A stretch of DNA of 64,000 bases from assembly GCF_006345805.1 (NCBI RefSeq), contig NC_043006.1, positions 27,094,001 to 27,158,000 on the forward strand, in the 5' to 3' direction. The notes under the pieces were generated by a model. It was not told the origin of the DNA. It ran no database searches and saw only the letters and a list, made by a program, of their open reading frames with translations. The position numbers and the translations under genes were made by a program. Origin of the DNA: Octopus sinensis. Its lineage: Eukaryota. Positions 12,561 to 25,307 of the stretch are shown in pieces (positions within the stretch are counted from its first letter, which is position 1; every line of letters begins with the position of its first letter).

Positions 12561-15455
12561 ATTGATCAAAATAAAAATAAAAATAAAAACATGAGGCGAA
12601 GGATTCAGCGGTACATATGTTTCGGGCCTTTATTAGACAGATTCATAACAAATCATAATGTATGTCTGTGGCCTTCTTCAGCCGCGCACAACAGCTTCCA
12701 CAAGGACATGTGTTACTTCCGAAATTCTTGGTTGGGGATGCAAATCTTCTCGTTCCCGTACGACATAATGCGGCAGCAGCATCGATTGAATCGTCCATCT
12801 CCTTCTTCTCTCAGTGTAGAATGAGAAAACTTGGATGTTGAGGTAATGTAAATAAATAATACGTATATAGAGGTGAAGATGGAGGGGCGAGAGTTCGGGA
12901 TGAGGGATAAAAATATAAAATAATATAAAATAATATAAAAATGTAGAGGATAAAGATATAAAGAGTTGTAAGGAGATGTAAAGGGGGTATAAAGAAATAT
13001 AAAGAAATATAAATAAATGTAAAGGCATAATGTTGTAAAGTAAAAATAGAAATGGAAATAATAGTAAAAGAAGTAAAAGAACCTGATAAAAACATGATAA
13101 AAGTGTAAAAGAATGTAAAGATAAGGGATGTATAGAGGTCGCGGACCCAGCATGGTGGTCAGGAGATTGATAAAACCTAGTTGTAGAACTGTCAGTAAAT
13201 TAACGGTTTCGTCGTAAATCAGAGCTGATGAGAGTTTAATCTGGTTCCTTGAATTAAATGGACTTCCAGTACATACATATCATCATGGGTACATACACCC
13301 ACATACACGCGTACATATACGTCTCCAAGTCTATAAGCAAACACACGCACTCGCGTGTAACACGTACATAAACACACACGCACCCACACGCCACACGCGC
13401 ACACACACGCACATACAACAGAATATCCGCATATATAGACGGACATTACGCGCGTACACGCTCACATGTATATACGCGCGCCCCTCACTACATACGTACA
13501 CGTATATGCCCACGTCTCTAGGTCTAGGTATAAGATATTAAGGATGTGTATAAGAACGTATGTAAAGAATCCGTACTCATGTTAATACGCGCACGCACAC
13601 ACGGCTGTGTGTCCGTATGTGCGTGCACATATATATATCACATACACACACAGAGACACACGCGCCCATGGGTTAGTCATAAGATATCGAAGTATGCATG
13701 TACATATACGCCGCGCATATGTATGTATGCGCATACACACGTACGCGGACGCTCGGATACTCAAAAGGCGGATCCATAGGTAAGTAATAAACATATATAG
13801 AGGTGTAAAGCGATAAATTAGGGGTAAGAATGAGGGTAAGGGTAAAGATTAGAAATAAAAAATACAGTATAAATAAGAAAATACAATGTAATAGTTAGAA
13901 ATGAAATATAAGAATTATAAGGGTTATAAGAGTTAAGGTAAGGGATGAAAATGAAAATGAGAGTAAATGGCAGTAGAATAAACGTAAAAATAAAAGTAAA
14001 AATAAATTAAAAATAAAAATAAATGGAAGTAGGATAAAAGTAAAAATAAAAATGAAAATAAAAATAAAAATAAAATAAAATAAAATAAAATAAAATAAAA
14101 TATAAAATAAAAAAATAAGGTAAAAATATAATTTTGTAAAGTTTAACATGAGATGGAGGTGGCCCACCATATATATATATATATATATGTGTATATGTAC
14201 ACACACATACACGGTGGTGCACATACATACGCACACACACACACACACACACACATACACACTCACATATAGGAAAACGGGATGTGCTGGAGCCGACAGG
14301 TTGCACCGGGTGGGAGGAAATAGCATGGGGAGTTGGTATAAGACCTAAGCATTGTAGTATTTGAAAGTATTAATAAGTTTATGTATACAGGATGGTTTGA
14401 ACGCTGACCTTTTGTTAATAAGATTGTGTTTGTCTTTGAATTTCAAGATGTTCAGGAGTTCTACACAGCATAGTTGGCATCCTGCTCTATTATTTAAATA
14501 AGGTGCAGCTGATCCGATGATGGACCATCTGAGTTTGAAGCTTATGCATTTGTCTTTTAATTCCCAAATTCTTTTAGAGAGGGAGGTGCTGTTAGCCTTA
14601 TGTCTATGTCTCAGCGAGGGACCGGTGGTTGTAGTAGTATCTTTCCAGGAGGTTGAGCAACCAATATAGGTGAGTGTGTTAAATTGAGTACTCACCTCAC
14701 ATGAGTATATTACGTTTTTCGCCCTGCATGCGCCCTGCAACGGGCACTCTGATGCACATCTGCAGTTGCATTGCATTGCATTATTCGGTCGTGTGCTGCT
14801 AATCCTAGGCGGAGGTGTTGCAATACGAGTGGGGGCGTTGTTATCCTCCTGGTTGTTGATGGGTGTAGTGTTTCCTCTGTTGTGTTGGCGGGGTGTTATT
14901 ACTAGCTGCTTGGGTATTATGGTTGCCAGTCTGGTTATAATGCCTACTGTCTAGATGAGGGGGGTCTGTTGTTCGCTATGGTTTGCTCTTGATCTAGCTG
15001 TTCTAATATTAATATAGTGTGTTTAGCTAAGAGGCAGCTCATGTTGGGCAGGGTAGAGTAGGAAATCCTAATAGTTTTGTTGGAGAAGATACTTCTATAT
15101 TTGGGGTGGGTGGGAAGTTGGAAATTATAGAGAATATTCTTTTACATAACCTACCCCTAACTGCTAAGTTGAAAGGTATGTTGAACCATATGTATTTGCG
15201 TATCTACTATTATCCCTTCTATTTCTCCTAATAGGATCTATATTGTTCCCGTCGGGAGGGTTACTATTGTGTGCTGTTCTATTAGTTCGCCTATTTCCTA
15301 TACGTTGTTTGGAGTTTGAATTAGACTTATCGTAGTGTGAGTTGAGTGCTGAGTTCGATTATAATTGGGAGTCTTATGGTCGACGGACGCTCCCGGTTGG
15401 TCTGCATATGATATTCTCTGGTTATATCCGGCACTATAGAGAGCTTGGTTGTAGT
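12561..15455 (-). mobile_element. Penelope-like element, 3' part (linker, GIY-YIG endonuclease, long 3' UTR)
   Basis: ORF 14345-14776 CNCR..CPLQGAC..NVIY...YIG...NSTSLSKRIWELK...CQLC. Upstream remnants IWFNIPFN...IFSNKTIRISYSTLPNM and YNQALYSAGY are typical of PLE ORFs. Confidence 0.9.
12608..12685 (-). ncRNA. Type I hammerhead ribozyme (antisense to BRCA1)
   Basis: Mirror copy: GCGG-CTGAAGA-AGGCC...GGCCC-GAAA-CATATG-TA-CCGC on the minus strand. Confidence 0.85.
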
Positions 15456-15458
15456 GTT

Positions 15459-17506
15459 CCGGTCCTCGCTGAGACATAGACATAAGGCTAACAGCACCTC
15501 CCTCTCTAAAAGAATTTGGGAATTAAAAGACAAATGCATAAGCTTCAAACTCAGATGGTCCATCATCGGATCAGCTGCACCTTATTTAAATAATAGAGCA
15601 GGATGCCAACTATGCTGTGTAGAACTCCTGAACATTCAAAGACAAACACAATCTTATTAACAAAAGGTCAGAGTTCAAACCATCCTGTATACATAAACTT
15701 ATTAATACTTTCAAATACTACAATGCTTAGGTCTTATACCAACTCCCCCATGCTATTTCCTCCCACCCGGTGCAACCTGTCGGCTCCAGCACATCCCGTT
15801 TTCCTATATGTGAGTGTGTATGTGTGTGTGTGTGTGTGTGTGTGCGTGTGTATGTGCACACACGTGTATGTGTGTGTACATATACACATATATATATATA
15901 TATATATATGTGGGCCACCTCCATCTCATGTTAAACTTTACAAAATTATATTTTTACCTTATTTTTTTATTTTTATATTTTATTATTTTATTTTATTTTA
16001 TTTTTATTTTTATTTTCATTTTTATTTTTACTTTTATCCTACTTCCATTTATTTTTATTTTTAATTTTATTTTTACTTTTATTTTTACGTTTATTCTACT
16101 GCCATTTACTCTCATTTTCATTTTCATCCCTTACCTTAACTCTTATAACCCTTATAATTCTTATATTTCATTTCTAACTATTACATTGTATTTCTTATTT
16201 ATACTGTATTTTTATTTCTAATCTTTACCCTTACCCTCATTCTTACCCCTAATTTATCGCTTTACACCTCTATATATGTTTATTTACTTACCTATGGATC
16301 CGCCTTTTGAGTATCCGAGCGTCCGCGTACGTGTGTATGCGCATACATACATATGCGCGCGTATATGTACATGCATACTTCGATATCTTATGACTATACC
16401 CATGGGCGCGTGTGTCTCTGTGTGTGTATGTGAATATATATATGTGCACGCACATACGGACACACAGCCGTGTGTGCGTGCGCGTATTAACATGAGTACG
16501 GGATTCTTTACATACGTTCTATACACATCCTTTAATATCTTATACCTAGACCTAGAGACGTGGGCATATACGTGTACGTATGTAGTGAGGGGCGCGCGTA
16601 TATACATGTGAGCGTGTACGCGCGTAATGTCCGGTATATATGCGGATATTCTGTTTGTTGTGTGCGTGTGTGTGTGCGCGTGTGCGTGTGGGGCGTGTGT
16701 GTGTTTATGTACGTGTTACACGCGAGTGCGTGGTTTGCTTATAGACTTGGAGACGTATATGTACGCGTGTATGTGGGTGTATGTACCCATGATGATATGT
16801 ATGTACTGGAAGTCCATTTAATTCAAGGAACCAGATTAAACTCTCATCAGCTCTGATTTACGACGAAACCGTTAATTTACTGACAGTTCTACAACTAGGT
16901 TTTATCAATCTCCTGACCACCATGCTGGGTCCGCGACCTCTATACATCCCTTATCTTTACATTCTTTTACACTTTATCATGTTTTTATCAGGTTCTTTTA
17001 CTTCTTTTACTATTATTTCCATTTCTATTTTTACTTTACAACATTATGCCTTTACATTTTTTTATTTCTTTATATTTCTTTTACCCCCTTTACATCTCCT
17101 TACAACTCTTTATATCTTTATCCTCTACATTTATATTATTTTATATTATTTTATATTTTTATCCCTCATCCCGAACTCTCGCCCCTCCATCTTCACCTCT
17201 ATACGTATTTATTTATTTACATTACCTCAACATCCAAGTTTTCTCATTCTACACTGAGAGAAGAAGGAGATGGACGATTCAATTCGATGCTGCTGCCGCA
17301 TTATGTCGTACGGGAACGAGAAGATTTGCATCCCCAACAAGAATTTCGGAAGTAACACATGTCCTTGTGGAAGCTGTTGTGCGCGGCTGAAGAAGGCCAC
17401 AGACATACATTATGATTTGTTATGAATCTGTCTAATAAAGCCCGAAACATATGTACCGCTGAATCCTTCGCCTCATGTTTTTATTTTTATTTTTATTTTG
17501 ATCAAT
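15459..17506 (+). mobile_element. Second, shorter Penelope-like copy inverted relative to 12561-14625
   Basis: Near-identical reverse complement. ORF 15445-15660 repeats the GIY-YIG C-terminus (8-nt deletion near 15634). Confidence 0.9.
17383..17459 (+). ncRNA. Type I hammerhead ribozyme (sense to BRCA1)
   Basis: GCGG-CTGAAGA-stem II (AGGC..GCCC, extended by ACAGA/TCTGT and CATA/TATG)-GAAA-CATATG-TA-CCGC. GUA cleavage triplet; cut predicted after 17455. Confidence 0.85.
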
Positions 17507-17533
17507 ATATTATATATATATATTATATATATA

Positions 17534-17582
<49 letters not shown>

Positions 17583-17775
17583 CACACATACGTTTATGTA
17601 CATACATCTATACATATATGCATATGTGGGCACAGGACGTCATGAAACGTGTACAACAAAAAAATACAAAGTACGAGTATAAAGAATATGAACTATTTTT
17701 TTCGAACAATGAAAGACACAAATGGAAAACAAGACAAACAACATAAAGAAAGACCCTTCTTTATATATGTATATA

Positions 17776-18729
17776 TCATCATCATCATCGTTTAACGTCC
17801 GTTCTCCATGCTAGCATGGGTTGGACGGTTCGACCGGGGATCTGGGAAGCCAGAAGGCTGCACCAGGCTCCAGTCTTATCTGGCAATGTTTCTACAGCTG
17901 GATGCCCTTCCTAACGCCAACCACTCCGTGAGTGTAGTGGGTGCTTTTTACGTGACACCTGCACAGGTGCCAGGCGAGGCTGGCAACGGCCACGGTCAGA
18001 TTGGTGTATTTTATGTGCCACCGGCACGGAAGCCAGTGGAGGCGGCGCTGGCATCGGCCACGAGTCGGATAGTGCTTTTTACGTACCACCAGACCAGGGA
18101 TCCTGGCTGGTTCAATTCGATTTCGATTTCGCTTGCCCCAACATGTCTTCGCAAGCAAAGGGGGTTGGCATGGGTGCCTGTCGTCGGATGAGGTTCTATA
18201 TCGACTTCGCTTGCCTCAACAGGTCTTTGTGTCCAAGGGAGGAAAGGCATTCATAAGTGGGCTGGGCTCACTTGTCCTGCCTGGTCTTCTCACGTACAGC
18301 ATATTTCCAAAGGTCTCGGTCGCTGGTCATTTCCTCAGTGAGGCCTAAAGTTCAAAGGTCGTGCTTCACCACCTCGTCCCAGGTTTTCCTGGGTCTACCT
18401 CTTCCACGGGTTCCCTCAACTGCTAGGGATTGGCACTTTCTCACACACCTAACTTCATCCATTCTCGCCACATGACCATACCAGAGCAATCGTCTCTCTT
18501 GCACACCACAACTGATGCTTCTTAGGTACAACATTTCTCTCAAGGTACTAACGCTCTGTCGAGTATGTACACTGACATTACACATCCATCGGAGCATACT
18601 GGCTTCATTCCTCACGAGCTTACGCATGTCCTCAGCAGTCACGGCCCATGTTTCACTGCCATGTAGCATGGCTGTTCGTACACATGCATCATACAGTCTG
18701 CCTTTTACTCTGAGCGAGAGGCCTTTAGT
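17776..18729 (-). mobile_element. RTE LINE 3' portion
   Basis: Minus ORF 18352-18732 matches the C-terminus of the 31940 ORF, followed by the 3' UTR repeats and tail. Truncated at a microsatellite. Confidence 0.92.
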
Positions 18730-18733
18730 CACA

Positions 18734-18746
18734 ATATATATACATG

Positions 18747-18791
<45 letters not shown>

Positions 18792-19090
18792 ATATATATA
18801 TGTATGTGTATATATATATGTATGTGTATATATATATGTATATGTATATATATATGTATGTATATGTATATACACATGTATGTATATATGTATGTGTATA
18901 TATCTATATATGCATGTGTGTGTATATATATATGCATGTATGTATATATGTATGTGTATATATCTATATATGCATGTGTGTGTATATATATATGCATGTA
19001 TATATATATGCATGTATATATATGTATGTGTATATATCTATATATGCATGTGTGTGTATATATATATATGCATGTATATATATATGTATG

Positions 19091-19130
<40 letters not shown>

Positions 19131-19155
19131 AGTATGTATATATATATATGTATGT

Positions 19156-19191
<36 letters not shown>

Positions 19192-19218
19192 GTATATATA
19201 TATGTATGTATATGTATA
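18734..19218. repeat. Compound (TA)/(TG) microsatellite
   Basis: Seen directly. Confidence 0.98.
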
Positions 19219-19508
19219 TCACGTGATCACGTGACCATCAGATGCTTTACACATCGCTGGTCACAATGCGTTCGCATTGTTTTAGCCTTCGAATGACGCC
19301 ACCCCGCTGGCTAAGCGAGCAGGCCAACAGAAGAGTGAGAGAAAGAGTGGTGAAAGAGTACAGCAGGGATCACCACCCCCTGCCGGAGCCTCGTGGAGCT
19401 TTTAGGTGTTTTTGCTCAATAAACACTCACAACGCCCGGTCTGGGAATTGAAACCGCGATCCTACGATCGCGAGTCCGCTGCCCTAACCACTAGGCCATT
19501 GCGCCTCC
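19219..19508 (-). mobile_element. tRNA-derived SINE
   Basis: Minus head GGAGGCGCAATGGCCTAGTGG...GGTTTCAATTCC with A and B boxes. Confidence 0.85.
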
Positions 19509-19509
19509 G

Positions 19510-19996
19510 TATATGTATATATATATGTGTGTGTATATATATATATGTATGTAATAATATATATATGTATATTTATATATATGTATATATATATGTATAT
19601 ATATATGTATATATATATGTATATATATATGTATATATATATGTATATATATATATGTATATATGTCTATATATATATGTATTTATATATATATATGTAT
19701 TTATATATGTATATGTATTTATATATATATATGTATTTATATATGTATATGTATTTATATATATGTATATATATATATATGTATATATGTATATGTATTT
19801 ATATATATGTATATATGTATATGTATTTATATATATGTATATATATATATATGTATATATGTATATGTATTTATATATATGTGTATATGTATTTATATAT
19901 ATGTATATATGTATATGTATTTATATATATGTATATATGTATATGTATTTATATATATGTATATATGTATATGTATTTATATATATGTATATATAT

Positions 19997-20027
<31 letters not shown>

Positions 20028-21385
20028 TTATATATATGTATGTATATATGTATATGTATTTATATATATGTATATATATATATGTATTTATATATATGTA
20101 TATATATATATGTATTTATATATATGTATATATTTATATATATGTATATATATATTATATATATATATATTATATATGTATATATGTATATGTATATATA
20201 TATTATATATGTATATATGTATATGTATATATATATGTATATATGTATATATGTATATGTATATATATATGTATATATGTATATGTATATATATATGTAT
20301 ATATATATGTATATATGTATATGTATATATAATATATTATATATGTATATATATATGTATATATGTATATATGTATATATATATATATATATTATATATA
20401 TGTATATATATATATATATATTATATATGTATATATATATGTATATATATATGTATATATATATGTATATATTATGTATATATATATGTATATATATATA
20501 ATATATATATGTATATTATATATGTATATATGTGTATATATATATGTATATATGTGTATATATATATGTATATATATGTATATATATATGTATATATATA
20601 TGTATATATATATGTATTTATATATATGTATTTATATATATGTATATGTATATATATATGTATATGTATATATATATGTATATATATATGTATTTATATA
20701 TATGTATATGTATATATATTGTATATATATGTGTATATATATGTGTATATATATGTGTATATATATATGTATTTATATATATGTATTTATATATATGTAT
20801 ATATATATATATGTATATATGTGTATATATATGTGTGTATATATATATGTATGTGTGTATATATATATGTATGTGTGTATATATGTATGTATGTGTGTAT
20901 ATATATATGTATGTGTGTATATATGTATGTATGTGTGTATATATGTATGTATGTATGTATATATGTATGTATATATGTATATATGTCTATATATATATGT
21001 ATATATGTCTATACATATATGTATGTATATATATCTATATATATATGTATATATGTCTATACATATATGTATGTATATATATCTATACATATATGTATGT
21101 ATATATGTCTATACATATATGTATGTATATATGTCTATACATATATGTATGTATATATGTCTATATGTATATGTATTTATATATATATGTATATATATGT
21201 ATATGTATTATATATATGTTTTATATGTATATGTATTTATATATATATGTATATATATGTATATGTATTTATATATATATGTATATATATGTATATGTAT
21301 TTATATATATATGTATATATATGTATATCTGTGTATATATATATGTTTATATACGTATATTTGTGTATATATATGTACATATATG
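19510..21385. repeat. About 1.9 kb compound (TA)n/(ATGT)n microsatellite
   Basis: Seen directly. It generates the spurious Y/I/M/C ORFs. Confidence 0.98.
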
Positions 21386-21386
21386 T

Positions 21387-21500
21387 GGAGGCGCTGTGGC
21401 CCAGTTCTTAGGGCAGCGGACTCACAGTCGTAGGATCGCGGTTTCGATTCCCAGACCGGGTGTTGTGAGTGTTTATTGAGCGAAAACACCTAAAGCTCCA
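21387..21500 (+). mobile_element. Truncated copy of the same tRNA-SINE family
   Basis: ggaggcgctgtggcc...ggtttcgattcccagaccggg is the reverse complement of 19393-19508. Confidence 0.85.
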
Positions 21501-21503
21501 CTA

Positions 21504-22660
21504 AAACTAACTCTATGGCTGCGATATATTGATGACACCTTCATACTCTGGCCCCACCAGTAAGATGTCCAAGTGCTGTTAGATCATGTGAACTCAATAA
21601 AACCATCCATACAGTTCACAATGAAAAAAGAAAATGACAATCAGCTAGCATACCTGGACGTAATAATAACATGCACCAAGTATGAATTCAGGACATCCAT
21701 ATACTGAATGATACCTCAACTTCAACTGACACCTTTGGTCCTCTGGATACTAATACCTCTCATACATACACACACACACATAAACATATATACATACACA
21801 TATACATATATACACACATAAACATATATATATACACATACACACACACACATAAACATATATACATACACATATACATATATACACACATAAACATATA
21901 TATATACACATACACACACACACACATATATACACATATGCATATATACATACACATATACATATGTACAAACACATATACATAATAACACGCACCAAGT
22001 AAGGATTCAGGAAATTCGTATACCGCAAGATGTCAGTATACTGGACGTTACCTCAGCTTCAACTCCCATCATCCATACAGTGTAAAGAGAGGGATTGCTC
22101 AGTGCCTAACCCACCACGAAGAAATGATCAAGCTCACTAACAATCTATTAAGCAACAATTACCCCAAAAGCATATTCTCCACTCCAATTATGAAGAAAAG
22201 AGAGGATGAACCTTCTGTCTACCCTATGTGAAAGGCCTCTCTGAAAAGATACAAAAGATATGTGGCCCATATGACATCAGGACAGTATTCAAAAATAATA
22301 CAACACTTCGCAAATATCTCCTTCAAGTAAAACCACCAGTAGAAGAGAATATGACCAAAGACTGTGTACTCCATCCCATGCAGCTGTGGTAGGTTATACA
22401 AAGGTGAAGCATGCTGCCCCCTCAAAATAAGGGTAGAGGAACATCACAAAGCTGTGACACGGGGGGGGGGAGATATTGATAAATTGGGTATAGCTGATCA
22501 TGTATGGTAAAATGGAGACCACGTCCCCCTGTGGGATGAAGTTAAAATAATAGACAGAGAGCACATATGCTAGGACACAACAACCTCCTAAGCAGACCAA
22601 GTGCAGATATGAACAGCATATGGGAACCGGTATTAAGGAAGGATAGGAGACTATTAGATT
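21504..22660 (+). mobile_element. Decayed Penelope-like element (RT and GIY-YIG remnants)
   Basis: LWLRYIDDTFILWPH...IQFTMKKENDNQLAYLDV from about 21515; LPYVKGLSEKI...DCVYSIPCSCGRLYKGE from about 22217. Interrupted by a microsatellite. Confidence 0.85.
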
Positions 22661-22694
22661 TATAAGCCCTAAAATTCACTCCATAATTGCTCAT

Positions 22695-22945
22695 GGGCAT
22701 ATGGCGTAGTGGTTAAGAACACTGGCTACTAACCTGAAGATTCCAAGTTTGATTCCAGGCAGTGACCTAATAATAATAATAATAATAATGATAATAATAA
22801 CAACATCGAAAAATACCTTAGGAATGAGAAACCAGGTTTGAAATTTCCCCAAGACACCTGATGAAGGCTGGAGGGTATATCAGCAGAAACGTGTTAACAA
22901 CAAACAAGATGAGGACAAATATCTGTCAATGTAAATAATGTATAT
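22695..22945 (+). mobile_element. tRNA-headed SINE with a hammerhead-like motif
   Basis: A box TGGCGTAGTGG, B box GTTTGATTCC, (AAT)n, then ACAC-CTGATGA-AGGCTG..CAGCA-GAAAC-GTGT at 22854-22894. Confidence 0.75.
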
Positions 22946-23278
22946 TAAATCTCACTGAAGATATCTTCCTTGCTAATGAAGAATTTCCAACTTGTTTTTG
23001 TATATCTTAATAAAAAATCGAAATGCCAATGATAGTTCATGTGATATATTATTTAAAAATAATTGGTGAAGATGCTTGTTTCTTTTCATTCTGTGTCTTT
23101 ACACTTCACCAGAAAAACTTTATTTTATGAGGCCTGACTACAGTTAAAAGTGATGAATGTGATTAAAGAATGTGATTCAAAGTAATCCAAACAGTTTTCT
23201 GTAACATACTGATGCTGCTACTCCTACTACTTCTTTTGATTGTCTCTTTATTGTTTTCTTTATATTGTATTTTCATAG

Positions 23279-23353
23279 ATTTTGCATCAATGAATTTATT
23301 CACAAGAAAAGAAAAGTACCTTGTCCAATGTGTAATGTTGCTTTAACAAAGAG
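23279..23353 (+). CDS. BRCA1: BRCA1 coding exon 3 (RING)
   Basis: tttcatag|A...AG|gtaaat, 75 nt, FCINEFIHKKRKVPCPMCNVALTK(R). Completes the C3HC4 RING. Confidence 0.96.
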
Positions 23354-25221
23354 GTAAATTTCATTTTAAATAACTTTCTAGACTGTATTTTTAGCTATAT
23401 TGTGGTACCTATGACCCATTGAACCACAAGCTTATTTAAATTCATTTTAACTTTCTTCAACTTATTGTTTCCCTTTTAATAATGTTTGAATCCATTGGTA
23501 ACCCCCCCCCATGTGATGTTCTCTTGAAAATAAGCAGCTTTTTTGAAGAGTAATTTCTATCCAAGATCTTTCCTTCAGTACTATTTCATTCAGTTTTGAA
23601 ATTCAACATTGTTTTATCTGTTAAAATAACTTTAGTACATCAAAGTTAAGTTGTTTTTTTACTTTAATCACTCCTATGAAAGTTAGCCAACTTTTTTTGC
23701 ATGATGCTGTAGACTTCAGTGCTATTTGGGTATATATTGTAAAGGTTATAGATATGTAATTTTATGCATAGCCCTGTCCAGTCTGGAAGAGTAAGATTAT
23801 TTGATGGTATTACAGTCAATATTTAGGACTTGATAAGATGTTATAGGTGGATGCATTATATGAAGAATGATTGGGAGAAGTATGGTAAGTATGCAGTCAA
23901 GAAGAGAGTCAATATAGATGAATGGAAAAAAAAAATGTATGAGTGTAAAAGTGTACATAAGTTTTAAGAAGCAGTAGTAACTTAGAAAAAGGAGCAGTGT
24001 CTTGAGGTAGATTAGAATAAAAAAAGCTAGTCCGTAGATGAAATCAAATATTTTAGGTGACAGATATAGTTGTGTTTTTACAGATATGGGAACATTGCCC
24101 CATGATCAATCAAACAAATTATTTTGTGCTGCAAGCAGGAAGCACAACTTTCCAAGTTATAACCATATCAAGTATGTGAAAGGCATGTGATGATTTTAGA
24201 TGTTGGTTCAGCATTCCTCTGGATGGGCTGGAGGTGCTGCACAATTCTATTTTATGAAGTCAAGCAGCATTTTGGTTTCCTGGAAATGTCTGCACTATAT
24301 GTAACATATCTCCCTTCAGTTGCTAAAGTCACTGGTGCAAAAGAAAGAAAATATTTCTGCGTATATGCTTGGATGTATGTTCATATTTATAAGACAGTAT
24401 TTAAATCTAACATTGTGAATGTTCTGTTAGAACAGCATACTGTGCTTCTTCAGTAGCATGCATCTAGTGACTGCATACAACCCAAATATCATCACCAACA
24501 ATATACAGAAAACAGTGTGTTTTCAGCCATTGATGTTGCAAATAGCCAGTATAATGGGGAAAATGCTTTGAAAGTAAGGTACCATTGAAATGTGAATACA
24601 TACAGAATAACACAAGTTTTGCGTTAATCAGACCACCAATTCCCGAGAAACACATTTTTTTCGGGTACCTTGAACTATTGGTGACCCAACGGGTCATGGG
24701 TAGTCTAGTTGTCATTTAAATATATATATAGAGGCTAATACTTAAGATATATGGTGGCATTTCTACACCACATATCTTTCATATTTGCATTATGCAGTCA
24801 ATTGATCAGTGCCAGTTTATTAAGTTGCTGTAAATTCTTCATGTACATACACATCAAACTGTCAATTTTACTGGGAAAGTACTTGCCTTAACTAACCTTC
24901 GATACATGTCCATCACTTGCTTTATCAAGAATATTCTCTTTCCTCTACTTAATTACCTTTATTTCTTTACTGCTCATACTATTAACCACACTAAGAAATA
25001 CAACATTTACATTTTAAAGTTTTGTAAACCAATAATAACTAAAATAATAATGTGTTCTTTGAAATTATATACTAATACTAAGTCAATTTTGAATATCAAA
25101 TACAAAGATAAAAAAAAAATGTTAAAAATAAAATGATTATATTGAATTTGACATTTAAGACCCCAAGAATATTGTAATTTCTTGTTTTTCTTTTTTCTTT
25201 AACTTTCATTCATTTCAATAG

Positions 25222-25307
25222 AAGTTTTCAAGAAAATGGTAAACTGAAAAACATCATTGAGAAACTGAAGAATCTGATGTCTGCTGTGGCAAAAGATACA
25301 CATACAC
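25222..25307 (+). CDS. BRCA1: BRCA1 coding exon 4 (post-RING helix of the BARD1 interface)
   Basis: caatag|A...C|gtaaga, 86 nt, SFQENGKLKNIIEKLKNLMSAVAKDTHT versus human [28 protein letters not shown]. Confidence 0.93.

Noticed and set aside
16840-16890. Second hammerhead in the PLE 3' UTR (CTGATTTACGACGAAAC; mirror near 13200)
   Set aside because: It lacks the conserved G8/A9 and any stem II; the nearby CTGATGAG is on the opposite strand from the GAAAC.
18515-21479. Long ORFs (up to 582 aa) rich in Y/I/M/C/V
   Set aside because: These are translations of (TA)/(TG) microsatellites, not proteins. The same applies to the ORFs at 13219-14348, 15603-16856 and 21722-22028.
22695-22768. Possible tRNA genes (also 19440-19508, 21387-21455, 47410-47500 and 53755-53830)
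   Set aside because: A and B boxes are present, but the heads run into repeated SINE bodies and I could not fold complete cloverleaves.
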